The notes beneath the pieces were generated by a model. That model did not search any database, was not told where the DNA came from, and worked only from the letters and a program-made list of their open reading frames with translations. Both the position numbers and the translations under genes were made by a program. Below, piece after piece: positions 10,160-23,288 of a stretch of DNA of 64,000 nucleotides. Within the stretch, counting starts at the first letter, position 1, and each line of letters starts with the position of its first letter. Source of the stretch: Squalus acanthias (lineage: Eukaryota); assembly GCA_030390025.1 (NCBI GenBank), contig CM059433.1:27468001-27532000 (forward strand), in the 5' to 3' direction.

Positions 10160-12419
10160 ATGGCTGAACATGCAAGAGAGCGTACACCAAGGTTTTCCGA
10201 CAATGCATTGGAGGCCTTGTTGGAAGAGGTGGAAGGGAGGAGAGATGTCCTGTATCCGCAGTGGGGCAGGAGGCCCTCCAGACACATGCTCAGGAGACAG
10301 TGGGAAGAAATAGTGGCGGATGTCAATACAAGGAGTGTTGCTCGTCGAACATGGATGAAGTGCAGGAAGAAGTTTAATGATCTCACACGTGCTGTCAAAG
10401 TGACTTCATCTTCAAATGGCATATCCTACCAACTGCACCATTAGCCTCATCCACTGCTCAATTCACTACACCCCCTATTCTCGCCTACCAATAATCTCTA
10501 TCAGTCAGGACTCAACCCTAACATTGATATGCTTTACCTCACCCTCACGCACGTAGCACTGTTGCAAGCATCACACCCACAACTCACAGCTTGCACACAC
10601 TGGCAGCTATTCAAGTACGACAGCCACATCACCCAAACATATTGCAGGACACTCACTAACACACTTCCCTCTTTCTTTCAGGAGAAGGTGGGCATAACAG
10701 GAGGAATCAGGAAAGAACTGGAGGAGGATAAGCATGCCTGCATGTTTTAACCCCCATGGAGGAGACAATGCTGGCCATCATGGGAAGGGGCATAGCTGAG
10801 GCCATGGCCACTGCCGGTGCTGAAGCGATTGATGATGAGGATATCCACATACCTAATCCTCCTTCTCTCATCCCACTTCGCCCTCATCCCTCAACTTCCT
10901 CATCACATCCAACCTTTGTCCCTTTTTCATTTCAGATACCCAAGAAATGGAACCTGCCCTGGCAGTAGAGGAAGAAAACAGTGAAAGAAAGAAAAAAAAA
11001 GACTATCATCTTTCACAACCTCAGGTCATCTCAAAGCGCTTTACGGCCAATGAATTACTTTTGAAATGTAGTCACTGTTGTAATGTAGGAAACGCGGCAG
11101 CCAATTTGCGCACAGCAAGATCCCACAAACAGCAATGTGATCATGACCAGATAATCAGTTTCAGTTATGTTGATTGAGGGATAAATATTGCCCAGCACTC
11201 TGGGGATAACTCCCCTGCTCCTTCGAAATAGTGTCATGGGATCTTTTATGTCTACCTGAGAGAGCGACAGGGCCTCGGCTTAACGTCTCATCTGAAAGAC
11301 GGCACCTCCGACAGTGCAGCACTCCCTCAGTACTGCACTGGACTGTCAGCCTACATTATTGTGCTCAAGTTTCAAGTGGGACTTGAACCCACAGCCTCCT
11401 GACTCAGAGGTGAGAGTACTACCAACTGAGCCATGGCTGATAAAGAGACACCAACACTTGATTTTACACTCACAGCCACAAGCTCAGATACTGACATTGC
11501 GTGTATTCTATGGCTAGGATAGAGGAGGGATCGGCACATGGTGAGACACTGGGTACAAGTGCGCAGGAGCCAGGGCAGGAGGAAAGGATAGTGCAGGTGC
11601 CAGCTCGCCGGGGGCGGTGGGGGGCGGTGGGGCGACGTTGCACACTAGTACTGCTGCAGAGGACTCAGCTGAAGACTTTGATGGGCCAGGTTACAGAAGA
11701 AGGCTAATGGGTGCACACACCCAAATGCTTGGTACACTGGAGAACCTGTCAGAAAGCCTGCGCTCAATGTCAAGGAGCATGGAAGAGTCCAGCACCAACT
11801 TGGCACAGGGCTTTGCACAGAGCTTAGAGCCCATCTTTTCCAACATGGAACGGGTGGTCACTTCCATCAGCACACTTGTGGAAGCCAGCATGATGCAGCA
11901 TCTGATGGCCGATGTCTCAGCTTCCATTGTAGCACAAGCAGCTTCCAACAAAGGTTTGAGGGCTGCAGTGGAAGCTCAGACTGCTGCCATCATAGCTCTG
12001 GATACCAGTGTTCAAAGGGGCTTCCAGGGTGTCACAGCAGTCCATCAATCTGTTCTCCAACAGATCAATAGGATTGCTGAGAGTGGCAGTGGCTCCACAG
12101 AGTACGAACCTGCTGTCCGCTCACAGGATCACAGCATTCGTGCTCCCACCCCTGCCACTCCGCCAGTGCCCTTGCTGTTGCCTATCAGCCAGCCAGCCCA
12201 GACTGCTGCAGCCCAGGCCGAGATGGTGCAATCTGAAACAAGGCCTTCTCAGCCCAGAGTTGCTCGAGGTCACCCTCCAAGGCCCTCTACAGTATCCTCA
12301 ATTGAAGGCCAGTAGCCTTCCACCACCTATGCTGCAGCCACTGGGGAAGCACCTCGTAGGAGCACTAGGAAGGCAAAAGCACACGAAAGAGGCACTAAGG
12401 GAATGCACAAGGTTGATTA
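10160..12419 (+). pseudogene. Harbinger Myb/SANT-like gene (three exons, frameshifted, SINE insertion)
   Basis: Exon 1 MAEHARERTPRFSDNALEALLEEV...WEEIVADVN...KCRKKFNDL. Later exons show EETMLAIMG and the helical RRRLMG...MEESSTNLAQGF segment shared with the other copies. Confidence 0.85.
10985..11441 (-). mobile_element. tRNA-derived Deu-domain SINE (SacSINE1/AmnSINE-like)
   Basis: A-box TGGCTCAGTTGG (11422-11433 rc), B-box GGTTCAAGTCC (11379-11389 rc), central GCTGTGCGCAAATTGGCTGCCGCGTTTCCTACATTACAACAGTG; homologous to 27551-28029. Confidence 0.85.
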
Positions 12420-12592
12420 GTTTATTTTTGTATGCACTATGTCATGATTTAATTAATAAATTTGGATTGGAATGTGCATTTTCTGGTGGCTTTTATTTTT
12501 GTGTTGTCGGAAAGAGGATGATATGATGGTCAGTGATAGAGAAATGGTAAGGAGCGTGGGACTGTTGATGAATGGGGGAGGTGTGGTTGAGG

Positions 12593-13750
12593 TTACTGAT
12601 ATCGCTGATTAATTATTTCATCACGTAGAGTCCGGGCAGAAAGGGGCTGTCTGTGTTGTATCCTCACTTCCTGTTGCACTTCCTCCTCCTCCACTTCCTC
12701 CTCCTCCTCTTCCTCGTGTTCCTGCTCCTCAGCCTCTTGTCTGATAGGTGATGACGAGGCCTGTACCCTCATAATGGCCAGTTGTGTAGCATGCAGGATA
12801 CTACCACAAATCTTGATACCCGCTCAGCTGAGTACTGCTTGTTTGAGGATGCCGATGGTGTGCTCTATAAAGCTATAAAGCTCTATAAAGCTCCTTGTGG
12901 CAGCATAGCTCTCATTGTATGCCTGCTGTGCACATGTGCATGGGTTCCGAACCAGAGTCAAGAGCCATGTCATGAGTGAATAATCTTTGTCACCCAGTAG
13001 CCAGCCATTGACTTGCCGTGGTGGGTCAAATGCAGCTGGCACAGAGGACTGCCGCAGAATGAAGGGATCATGACTACTGCCAGAATAATGGGCATTCACC
13101 TGTATGATGCGCTGCCTGTGGTCACACACCAGCTGTACATTGAGGGAGTGGAATCCATTTCGGTTCAGGAAAATGGCCGAGTTCACATGAGGCGTACACA
13201 AAGCAATGTGCGTGCAGTCAATGGCACCCTGCACCATGGGGAAGCCTGCAATCTGAGCAAAATGTTGTGCTCACTCCACCTGCTTGTCCCTGGCAAGAGG
13301 GAATGCTATGAAGCTGTCTCTCTTTGTATAGAGAGCCTCAGTGACCTCCCATATGCAGCAGTGTACTGCAAACTGTGAGATGTTGCTTATACCGCCAGCA
13401 GCATCCTGGAAGGAGCCAGATGCATAACAGTTAAGAGCCACGGTCATCTTGACAGCCACAGGCAATGCTGTCCTTACCCTGCTTTGAGGTTGCAGTTGTG
13501 GCTGCAGCAGTTGGCAGATTTCAGTCACAACCTCTTTAGTGAAGCGAAGGCATCTCAAGCATTGGTCCTCGCTGAAGCTCAGGTAAGAGAGTTGCTCCCT
13601 AAAGACCCTGGGGGGATATGGCCTCCTGCTGATAGTTCTTCTCCCCCTCCTCCTCCTCCCTCTTCTAGCAACTTGCCCTGCTCTGCATGGCCTCTCTTCA
13701 TTCTCCCAGTCATGCTCAATACGAAAAGGAAGGCCTACCAGGCCACCTAT
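12593..13750 (-). pseudogene. Harbinger (HARBI1-like) DDE transposase, frameshifted
   Basis: [48 protein letters not shown] and LLGDKDY, split over ORFs 13271-13777 and 12824-13237; acidic C-terminal tract. Confidence 0.9.
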
Positions 13751-14529
13751 GTCTGGAAGCAACTTGTTTGAGCACAAGCCTTCAAACCACCAAAAAAATA
13801 GTTCAGCACCAGCCAGACCACTCCCTGTAGACTATTGAAACTTTAAACAAGTATAGGAAAGCTCCAAACATGTGTAGAATTGCACCAGCAGCCAGAAGAA
13901 ATAATCCAGCAACTAATCTGTAAGTAGTTCATGATCCCTTTAAGTAGCGCTGGTTGGGGGTCCTTCATGCCGTTGAATGTGTGTTCAGCTGTGGGAGGTT
14001 AGGAGAGGGCACTGACTAGAGCGTGGTGTTCGAAAATGGCAGCGCTGACGTCAAATCAGCGTTGTACACTGATTGATGTCATAATCTACCTGCTCTGCAT
14101 GCTGCTGGTGGTCATTAGGTACGCCCGCGCAAACTACTGTACCAAGATGGTGTCCGCCACACTTCCTTTCGGAAGTCTGCGTGCACGCCTAGGACCCGAT
14201 TTTCAACCTTTAGGTGGCTGATTAGCGCCTAAAAAATGGGCGCTACATGCCTTATGTTGAGATTCCAACATGATGTGCTATCAAGCAACCCTTCCCTGAC
14301 ATAGTTATAATGAAATATATCTATATGCTACAAGCCTGTTTTTCTCCAATACCAAATTTTATATGAAAAATACTTGCATTTATATAGTGTCTTGCCATAT
14401 TGAACAATCTCAAGGTGTTTTTCACAATCAATGACTTTGAAATGACTTATCCATACATAAAAACAGTACCTGTTGTTAGGCCAGAAAATATAGCAGCCAC
14501 CTTAGTCTTAGTTTAAAAGTGAAATTATG

Positions 14530-14864
14530 AAGGTCTCCTCCTTGATGGACCTGGCGACTGCGTGAGATGTCTGCAGTAGCACCCCGAAATAATCCTGAGG
14601 CAAAGACGTTCAGGGCAGTTGTCACCTTTACAGCCATTGGCATAGCATGGCCCCCTGGCGCAGCAGGCAGCAGTTCTTCTTGCAGGAGGTTGCAGAGGTC
14701 AAAAAAGCTTGCCTCGATAGCAGCCTCCTCAGGCAATGCTCGTCAGACATATCTAGAAACGTACCCCTTGATCTATAGACCCTGTTGGTTGGGTAATGCT
14801 TTCTATGAACAGGCCCTCTCATCTGCTCCCTTCTCAGCAAGAGCACTGCCCATCATAAGCTGTC
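14530..14864 (-). pseudogene. Harbinger transposase N-terminal fragment, cut by a Penelope-like insertion
   Basis: RKHYPTNRVYR..FLDMSDEHCLRRL / [24 protein letters not shown], matching the 46871-48121 protein. Confidence 0.75.
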
Positions 14865-14880
14865 ACTGCTTATTGAAGCT

Positions 14881-15674
14881 TAAAGAAGCCATCCCCTATG
14901 GACAAGCCCTGCGAATACACAGGATCTGCTCAGACGAGGAGGAACGCGATGGACACCTACGGACAGTTCCGACGGGCCACAGCGAAAAATCGCATAGACC
15001 TCCTCAGAAGGCGAACACGGGACACAACCAACAGAGTACCCTACATCGTCCAGTACTTCCCCGGAGCGGAGAAACTACGCCATGTTCTTCGCAGCCTTCA
15101 ACATGTCATCGATGACGACGAACACCTTGCTCAGGCCATCCCCACGCCTCCACTACTCGCCTTCAAGCAGCCGCCTAACCTCAAAAGTACCATCGTTTGC
15201 AGCAAATTACCCAGCTGTCAGGAGAACAGCGACCACGACACCACACAACCCTGCCACGGCAACCTCTGCAAGACATGCCAGATCATCAACACAGATGCCA
15301 TCATCACACGTGAGGACACTACCCACCAGGTACATGGTACATACTCATGTGACTCGGCCAACGTTGTCTACCTCATACGTTGCAGGAAAGAATGCACCGC
15401 GGCATGGTACATCGGCGAGACCATGCAGACACTGAGACAACGTATGAACGGACACCGCGCAACAATCGCCAGGCAGGATTGTTACCTCCCAGTCGGGGAA
15501 CACTTCAGCAGTCAAGGACATTCAGCCTCGGATCTGCGGGTTAGCGTTCTCCAAGGCGGCCTTCGAGACACACGACAACGCAAAATCATCGAGCAGAAAC
15601 TGATAGCCAAGTTCCGCACCCATGAGGATGGACTCAACAGGGATCTCGGGTTCATGTCACGCTACAGAATGTGA
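14881..15674 (+). pseudogene. Penelope-like ORF C-terminus: RT thumb, linker and GIY-YIG endonuclease
   Basis: IPYGQALRIHRICS, then a frame break near 14958, then LLAFKQPPNL, CHGNLCKTC, NVVYLIRC...WYIGET..LRQRMNGHR, VGEHF and EDGLNRD. Confidence 0.88.
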
Positions 15675-15893
15675 CTCGACATCGTTGTCTGTTTTTCCAG
15701 TTTTAAAAAAAAAGTTAAAAGCTTAACTGCAGACGGCAGCATTTGACACGTTGGACCCCCTGTGACCCACCTCATTGTCTTAGCTGTACTCTGATGTGTC
15801 TTTGATGTAATGCCTCCCTAACAGATTGTATCTCTGCAGACACATTGTTCTCTGTGTTTATATACGGTGTAATCGATTTGTATTCCCTCACTG

Positions 15894-15928
15894 TACCTGA
15901 AGAAGGAGCGGAGCTCCGAAAGCTCGTA
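15894..15928 (+). ncRNA. Minimal hammerhead ribozyme motif in the Penelope 3' region
   Basis: TAC-CTGAAGA-A-GGAGC-GGA-GCTCC-GAAA-GCTC-GTA: CUGANGA and GAAA core, stem II GGAGC/GCTCC, stem I TAC/GTA, palindromic AGCT as helix III. Confidence 0.75.
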
Positions 15929-17519
15929 ATTTTAAATAAAACTGTTGGACTATAACCTGGTGTTGTGCGACTTCTCATTTTTGTCCACCCCAGTCCAACA
16001 CCGGCATCTCCGCATCATGACTGCTTATTGAGGGTGAGGAAGCAAGAGAAAGTATCACAAATAAGCAATATGGAAAGTGCCACATCAGTCTGACTCCCAC
16101 AAACTCACTAGCACACAAATGCCAATGATCCAAGTGCCTGGAACTCAGACCACTTTAAAATCCTGCTGGCTCTGGGACCAATCCTGCTAGGTTTTACCTA
16201 TGGGCTCGGTGATGGTCAGGACTTCTGATTTTTTTGGTTAATATAGCATTGGGGTCCTAATTGTATCATAGAACCCTGATGTCTAGGAGAGATCTATTGC
16301 ACAACCTTAATTACAATAACTTTCATTGCGACACAAATCCCTCTTTATCTCATCACTCAAAAGTTGCCTATTTGTCCAGTCAATTTTACATTTCCATGTT
16401 TTGACAGTTAGATTAATTCAGGAGGGTGAGTCTGTTTCTAATCAAAGCCTCCAGGGCTTTTCTTCAACTCTAGTTTCTCGGTTGCCTCATTTCTAGGAAT
16501 CTATTAACTATTTTGTAGTGTTGTGCTGTCTGCTTAGGTCATGATTCTTTTATTTGCTTCTAACCTCATTTGTTCCACTTGGGACAGGGTACTGAAATGA
16601 GGAGAAACCAGTGTTTTTCTACCTTTATCTGGTGTTAATAAAATACTGTTTTTGCATTGTGGGGGACAGTCCTTTATCCATATATTTCTGCCAAGTGACA
16701 ATACTTAACGAGTACACAATTTGGAATCGCCTGTCAAAAACAAAATCAATTAAACAGCAGAATGTAATTATGGAACATCATGGTTTACGCATGTGCTGGA
16801 CCGTTTGGAAGATGTAGCTGAATTAGTAAATGGAGGCAATTGAATATATATTATATTAAAAAGACATTTGATAAAATTCATCTCAAACTGGTAGCAGGGA
16901 CTCATCAAATTATGAAAAACATGCAAAAAGGTTAAAAAAAACTGAGTCAATAATAGGAAAGAAAAGATGATTAAAATGTGTATTGTTTGAAGTTTAGAAG
17001 TGATCAATGATTCCTCGGGGATCAGAATTTTGACACAAAATTTTAAAATTGACAAAATGCATAGCGATGGTTAATATTCAAACATCTGGAGAAGTTCACT
17101 GGTTGGACGAATAACTGGCACCACTATATTGTAACGTGGATAAATGCTAAGTAATGCGTGTTTCGTGAATGCCATTAATTTTATGTACAACCTGAGTAGT
17201 TGCAGTTCGAAATTCTGCCAGGAAAATGAATTTAGAATGGTAATAGAGTCATATTTAGAAATATCTCTGCAATATTAGATGGTGATTAATAGCCAAAGAC
17301 TAATTATTATAGAAACGCATTTTCTGAGCATGAATCACACTATTACTGGGACAAAAGTAAAAGCTTTTTAAATAGTCACCCAAATTTAGAACAATAGGTA
17401 AGCACACAATCCATTCATTAGTGGGTTTGAGTAAGCTCAGAATAATCAGATGGAATTATCACCTCTCTGCAACTGATATTATTATGGACAGAGTCAACCA
17501 CAATTCTCGTCGGTGCAAA

Positions 17520-18005
17520 AATTATTTACAAGGATGGTACCAGAACTGAGAGAGAACAGCTGATACTGAGGGAAAGATTGAATAAATTGGAGCTTTTTTC
17601 TTTAGTAAAGAGAAGACTTAAAGGAGATCTGATAGAGGTCTTTAAAATTATGAATGGGTTGGCAGGATAAATGTGGAGAGAATGCTGCCACGTGGGAGAA
17701 TCCAAAACTAGGGGCCATAAATACAAGGTAGTTACGAATAAATCCAATAGGGAAATAAGGAGAAATTTCTTTACTCAGAGAATGGTTAGAATGTGGAACT
17801 CGCTACCACAGGAAGTGGTTGAGGCAAATAGCTTAGATGCTTTCAAAAGGAAACTAGATGAGTACATGAGAGAAAAGGGAATAGAAAGATATGCTGAAAG
17901 ACTGAGATGAGGTAGCTGGAATGGGAGGAGAATCATGTGGACTATAAACACCAGCATAGACTAGTTGGGCTGAATGGCCTGTTTCTATGTTGTATATTCT
18001 ACGTA
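17520..18005 (+). mobile_element. Old CR1 3' fragment (more degraded CR1 pieces probably lie at 16760-17330)
   Basis: ESKTRGHKYK..RRNFFTQRMVRMWNSLP, followed by a CR1-type 3' UTR. Confidence 0.85.
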
Positions 18006-18736
18006 ATTTGGTGCAAATTGTAAGCAAATTATTAGTCTTACAGATCATAGGAAATGGAAAAACAAAATCACATTAATGCAAAAGGGAATGGTCTGAGGTT
18101 GGGGTTAAGACACATTATTGAGAGAGAATAGAGGGAGCTTTACTCTGACTGTCGCCACTGAATCGGGTGCTAAAATTATAACATGTTTCAATCTCTAATC
18201 ACTTCCCTCCCTCACTGATGAATTTTAAAAAAGTTGGATACAAATGAGCAGACCCATGGACAGTGGGATAATTTATTAGCTAATATCCATTCTCTCAGAT
18301 GCACAATACCATTTTGGGGGCTTGAAGGAGCCAACTCTACAGGCGGTCATTTTTGTGTATTTTTGTTTTTTCCCAACCATAGCCTTCATTTACTATGGTG
18401 ATTGAATTACTATGTATCCATTTTTAGCTCAATGGCAGTGCAAAAGTTGTTCTCTCATTTATTCATCGAACTGTTTAGTGGAGTTTTGTTTCAAATTCAA
18501 ATTCAAACCATCTGAAATTTGACAGAGCCCACATTGAAAATCTGAATTGATCCAAATGTTAATTCCTTCAAACAAAAGTGAATTGTCAGAGTATAGAATA
18601 TCAGTCCCATTCCATAACATTAATTATATAAGTATGATATTGAGTCCATTCTTAGAATATTGTATTTAGTTTTCCTCTTTGTTCACCCTACTGCCAAAGG
18701 ACCATGGATGTGTGAGTGAGTAACAGATACAGACAA

Positions 18737-19310
18737 GGTGGTCGATTTCACTTTAGGGCGACTAATCGGTGGAGTGTGTCGGCGTACAGGTGGCCACAAT
18801 TTTGAGGCACTAACCCTCATTTACATCAGGCCAGAGAGCTGTGGGCTGCCAAAGAGCCTGATGTAAATGATCGATACAGTGTGCTGGATTAAGGCTAGCC
18901 AATATCAGGCCACCATCGAGTAAAGTGCAGGGGTGGGGGGTAGGGTCATGATCATGAAAGGGGAGGGGGTTTCCCAGGGCGGCAGCGGCTCAGATTATTT
19001 TTGTAGGGTGTAGTTGGAGCACTGCTCAGAGCCCCTTAAAAATATCATGGCTGGGCCTCTTCAGCTCTAGTACCCCTTAAAATGATCAGAGCCTGCACGA
19101 TCCGACCATTTCCAACCTAAAGTGGCTGTTGGAGGGGGGATCCTAGGACCCCAATTTGCATTTTGAAATGGGCCTACCACCTGAAACAGGGAGGCACTTT
19201 AGATGCCCAGCGGTAAGACACTTTCAAAAGGGTGCCAGCCAGTTAACTGGGGCGGTAAAGGTTACCAACTCCATTTTGAGGCCTGTTAACGCAAGCTAAA
19301 ATCAACCCCT
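18737..19310. mobile_element. Possible degenerate MITE
   Basis: GC-rich island with loosely inverted ends (GGTGGTCGATTTC ... AAAATCAACCCC). Confidence 0.3.
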
Positions 19311-20139
19311 AGATCACTATTATAGGGGTTTGCTACATTATTCAGGTTTTAATCCTTACACTGGTGTCTTCTGCACAATATTTCTTGGGCTGGCTAATTT
19401 TTGTAAAGATTTCACTATACCCACATTGGTCCATCTGTAACAGTAAGTCTTAGGAATAACTCTCACAGTCCATATGTTTCTGGAAAGGATTGACATGAAG
19501 CCATATGTCTGTAATACTTATTGTGAGCTGAATCCCACTGAGAAGTTTAAATTTCTCAAGAATGACACGAAAGCAGATGGTTTTTGAAAAATGTTCAATT
19601 TTTAATGGAAAATTGTAATAAACAATAGGGCTGATTGACTGATAGTGCACCCAGGAGTGCACCCATGTGTGTGCACATTACAGAATCAGGCAGGTAGGCC
19701 TAAGTGCTCTAAATTCCCCAGTATTAAAATGTTAACATTATTTGGAGACCATACTTTGAAACTGTGCAGATCTCATTACAGCTCCAAATTTTATGCTAAT
19801 GAAATGAAATTGGTCCCATGATGAATTCCATTCGTTCTCTGCCATTTTTCCTATTGTAGCACTACGCCCCAATCTAAAATAAGTGCTATGGGGCTTCCAT
19901 GCTGTACATATCAGAATTTAGTTTGTTAACATTGGGACTGACAGATTGGTAGCAATTTGCAATTTGGCTCATTGTTCGTTTGACTGTTTGAACTGCTTTT
20001 TCGGCATTATTGGTTTGACATTAGTTTTTTCTGTTTCCTGCTTAATTTTTGCAGCATTGGACTCATCTTGCATAGAGCTGTAGTCCCAGCACTGTTACTG
20101 TCAGCAGCTACAAACCAGAGCTCAAACCACATTTTTCTG

Positions 20140-21025
20140 TATGGGCATCCCACTGGGCCTCCTAATGACCATAATTAATTTGGAGGAGGCAGAAGAGCTC
20201 AAGGAGAGGAAAAAAAGGCAGATGCATTTGCATTTCAAGCATCTGGCACCCACTCAGAATTGGCCCAGGAACTAAGTAATTCAGATCCAGGCACATGTAC
20301 TTGGCCATGTCTGAGGAAACCTGCCTTCACCATTTCTGCTTCACAAGGGAGGCTGTGAGTGAGTTATGCCACCTACTGGAGCCTGAGTTGCAGACATTGC
20401 CAACACAGGACAGCCCTGCTCATTGCTGTGAAAGTCACCACAGCATTAAACTTTTACACAAGATCCTTTTAGGGCACCACTGGTGACACTTGTTACATTA
20501 GTCAGATTTCAGTCCAACAATGCATCAAGTAGGTGACAGAAGCCCTTGTTTGCTGGGGGGATACCGTTGTCCATTTTCCTATTCAAAGACGACACCAGCA
20601 TGAGAGGGTGCAGCACTTTTACCAGTGGCAAGTTCCCTAAAGTACAGGGCCTCATTGATATCACGCATATCCACCAAAACCCCCACCAACAATCCCATGG
20701 CATATATGAAAAGGAAAAACTTCTATTCCATCAACACGCAGGTGGGGTTTGATGACACAAACAGAATAATGCTGGTGAACATGCAATATCCCAGCTGCAG
20801 CCACAATGTTTTCAGTTTGAGCCAGTCCACTATGCCAGCACTATTTCAAGGAGCGGGCAGATTAAAATGTCTACTAGAGGTCCAGAGCTACTAACACCAG
20901 TAAGGAATCCCCAAACAGAGGCTGAAAGGAAATACAGTGATGCTCATGCCTCCACCTGATTTCTGGTAGAACTATACAATTAACATGTTGAAACAGAGAT
21001 TCCACTGCCTGGATAGATCAGCTTG
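20140..21025 (+). pseudogene. Highly degraded Harbinger transposase
   Basis: YLAMSEETCL..FTREAVSELCHLLEPEL, FPKVQGLIDITHI, FYSINTQV, YPSCSH and RFHCLDRS, spread across several frames. Confidence 0.8.
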
Positions 21026-22454
21026 AGTAGCTTGCTACAGCAACACTTTTGGATTTCTACTAAGATTCTGTGAGAACTTGGAGTTTTACTGTTTTCGTCT
21101 ATTCAACGGCCTTTTGAATCAGATTGAGGGTGGTAAACACGCTATGCTGTCAGCAACCATATGATTTGGTATGCAGTGGAAGGGCTCTTCCGTGATGTTT
21201 GATGGTCCATACAATAGCTTATTTAGGTGCTCATGTGGCCAGTGGAAGATGAATGCCTTGTCAGTGATGAAGGTGTTGCTTTTTTGAGAAGCTCCAGTGT
21301 ATCTTGGGCCATATATTACTTTCGCAACCTGGTAAAAAGGCCTTGGTTGATTGATGTGAAAAAGTATGCTTTACTGAGAAATGTAATTCCTGTCTGGAGC
21401 TGTCATCAGAGACATACCGACAAGGGCCACAGATTATATACCACATAGACACCATACAGAGTTAAGTTACTTTCAACTAAATAGCATTTGTACATTATAG
21501 GATCCTACTTGCTGGAAGTGTGGGCGGTAATGTGTGGCAGAAGCCCAAATTGCTATAAGAAACTAAAGTTCCAAATCTATATGTTTTTAATTATATTTAT
21601 GTTTTTTAACACAAGCAGTGTCATCTTTACTACTGCATTCAGCTGGAATATTGGTAGAACAGAAACTATTTACAATTGAATTCTGCTGACTGTCAAGTGC
21701 CCGAATTTATATTATAGTGGAGCACAGTATTTGGTGAACTTTATTCAGACATACGATAACTAGCTGCACTGCAAAAGCTATGTTATATGCAGCCCCTGGT
21801 ATATTTAAGCCGCCTGGTGGTGGAATATAGCTCTGATCACGAAGACGATGCACTAACAATCCCTGAAAACTTTATAAGCCATTAAAAAGAACTATTTTCT
21901 CCTTAGTGTGGTAAAGTCTGACCACCAGAAGGAATTCTTCTGCTCCACCATCAGCATTTGTTCTTTCATTTATTATGCCCCAGCCTTCTGGAATTCTTTC
22001 CCCAAATACTTCGAACTGACTACCTCTTACTGCCTTCAAAAGACTCCAAAAAACCTTTCTCTTTGATTGTGTTTTTGACTCCACTCCATAATTCCATTTC
22101 CTGTTTTCTCTCCCTCAATGTTTACCCTTTTCCTCTACGCTGCAAAGCATATTGAAAGTTATCTCTGTGCATCAGGAATGTTATAGAAATGTAAGTTGTT
22201 GTAATATCATTATAACATACCAAAAATACAAAACTTCTCAATAGCCTGCAGTAGAAAACAATTTGATTATGCTCATATTATTTTACAGTAACAATGTCAC
22301 ACTATGTTGTTATACTCTTGACAATGTGAATCAATGGAACCAGGTCTCCCCGCAAATTCAGCATCCTTCAGCTTTCTGCCTTCTCCCGCCCCAAGAATTC
22401 TGGGGCCATTGTACAGTTAGATTTAATTGCATATATGAGGGATCTTCAGGAGAC

Positions 22455-23288
22455 GTAAACTAAGGATGCTCCATCACCAAGACTGCCTACTTCTACCTCC
22501 GTAACATCGCCCGACTCCGTCTCTGCCTCAGCTCATCTGCTGCTAAAACCCTCATCCATGACTTGACTATTCCAATGCTCTCCTGGCCAGCCTTCCATCT
22601 TTCACCCCACATAAACTTGAGCTCATTCAAAACTCTACTGCCCATATCCTAACTCGCGTTCACCCATCACCCCTGTGCTCGCTGACCTACATTGGCTCCC
22701 AGTCCGGCAACACCTTAATTTTAAAAGTATCATCCTTGTTTTCAAATCCGTCCATGGCCTCGCCCCTCCCAATCTCTGTAGCCTCCTCCAGCCCTATGAG
22801 CACTGTTCCCACTAAGGCGCGCGTGTGTGCGGCCGCACAGTAACCTGAGAGGTCCGGCACAGGCCATTCACCAGCTTTTACATTGTAAATACCGCACATG
22901 CGCAGAAATGATAAGGAACAGCGCATTAAAAGAAATAGGCCGCGCAGAACAAAGTGCAGCTTGCCGACAAGCCTTCGAGATCTCTGCGCTCTTCCAATTC
23001 TGCCCTCTTGTGCATCCCCGATTTTAATCGCTCCACCATTGGCGGCCGTGTCTTCAGCTGCCTAGGCCCTATGCTCTGGAATTCCCTCCCTAAACCTCTC
23101 CGCTTCTCTACCTCTCTCTTCCTTAAAGACGCTCCTTAAAACCTACCTCTTTGTCCAAGCTTTTGTCATCTGTCCTAATATCTGTGGCTCGGAATCAAAT
23201 TTATGTCTGATAATCACTCCTGTGAAGCGTCTTGGGACATTTTACTATGTTAAATGCACTATATAAATGCAAGTTGTTGTTGTTGTCT
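22455..23288 (+). mobile_element. L2-clade LINE 3' fragment with an internal insertion (about 22799-22964)
   Basis: ITKTAYFYLRNIARLR..., HITPVLADLHWLPV, GGRVFSCLGPMLWNSLP; tail GCACTATATAAATGCAAGTTGTTG. The insert begins CACTGTTCCCACTAAG (possibly a hAT-like end). Confidence 0.8.

Larger units (their letters stand above)
9852..14250. mobile_element. PIF/Harbinger transposon H2, degenerate, two convergent genes
   Basis: Left end GGGGGACAAATTGG at 9852; Myb gene on +, transposase on -. The right terminal inverted repeat (TIR) is not recognisable. Confidence 0.88.
14877..16019 (+). mobile_element. Penelope-like retroelement (5'-truncated; probably Neptune-like)
   Basis: 12-bp TSD ACTGCTTATTGA (14865-14876, 16020-16031); GIY-YIG coding region; 3' region homologous to 36345-37023. 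Confidence 0.92.

Noticed and set aside
21809..21820. CTCF-like word CCACCAGGCGGC (minus strand)
   Set aside because: It mismatches the core consensus and has no supporting context.
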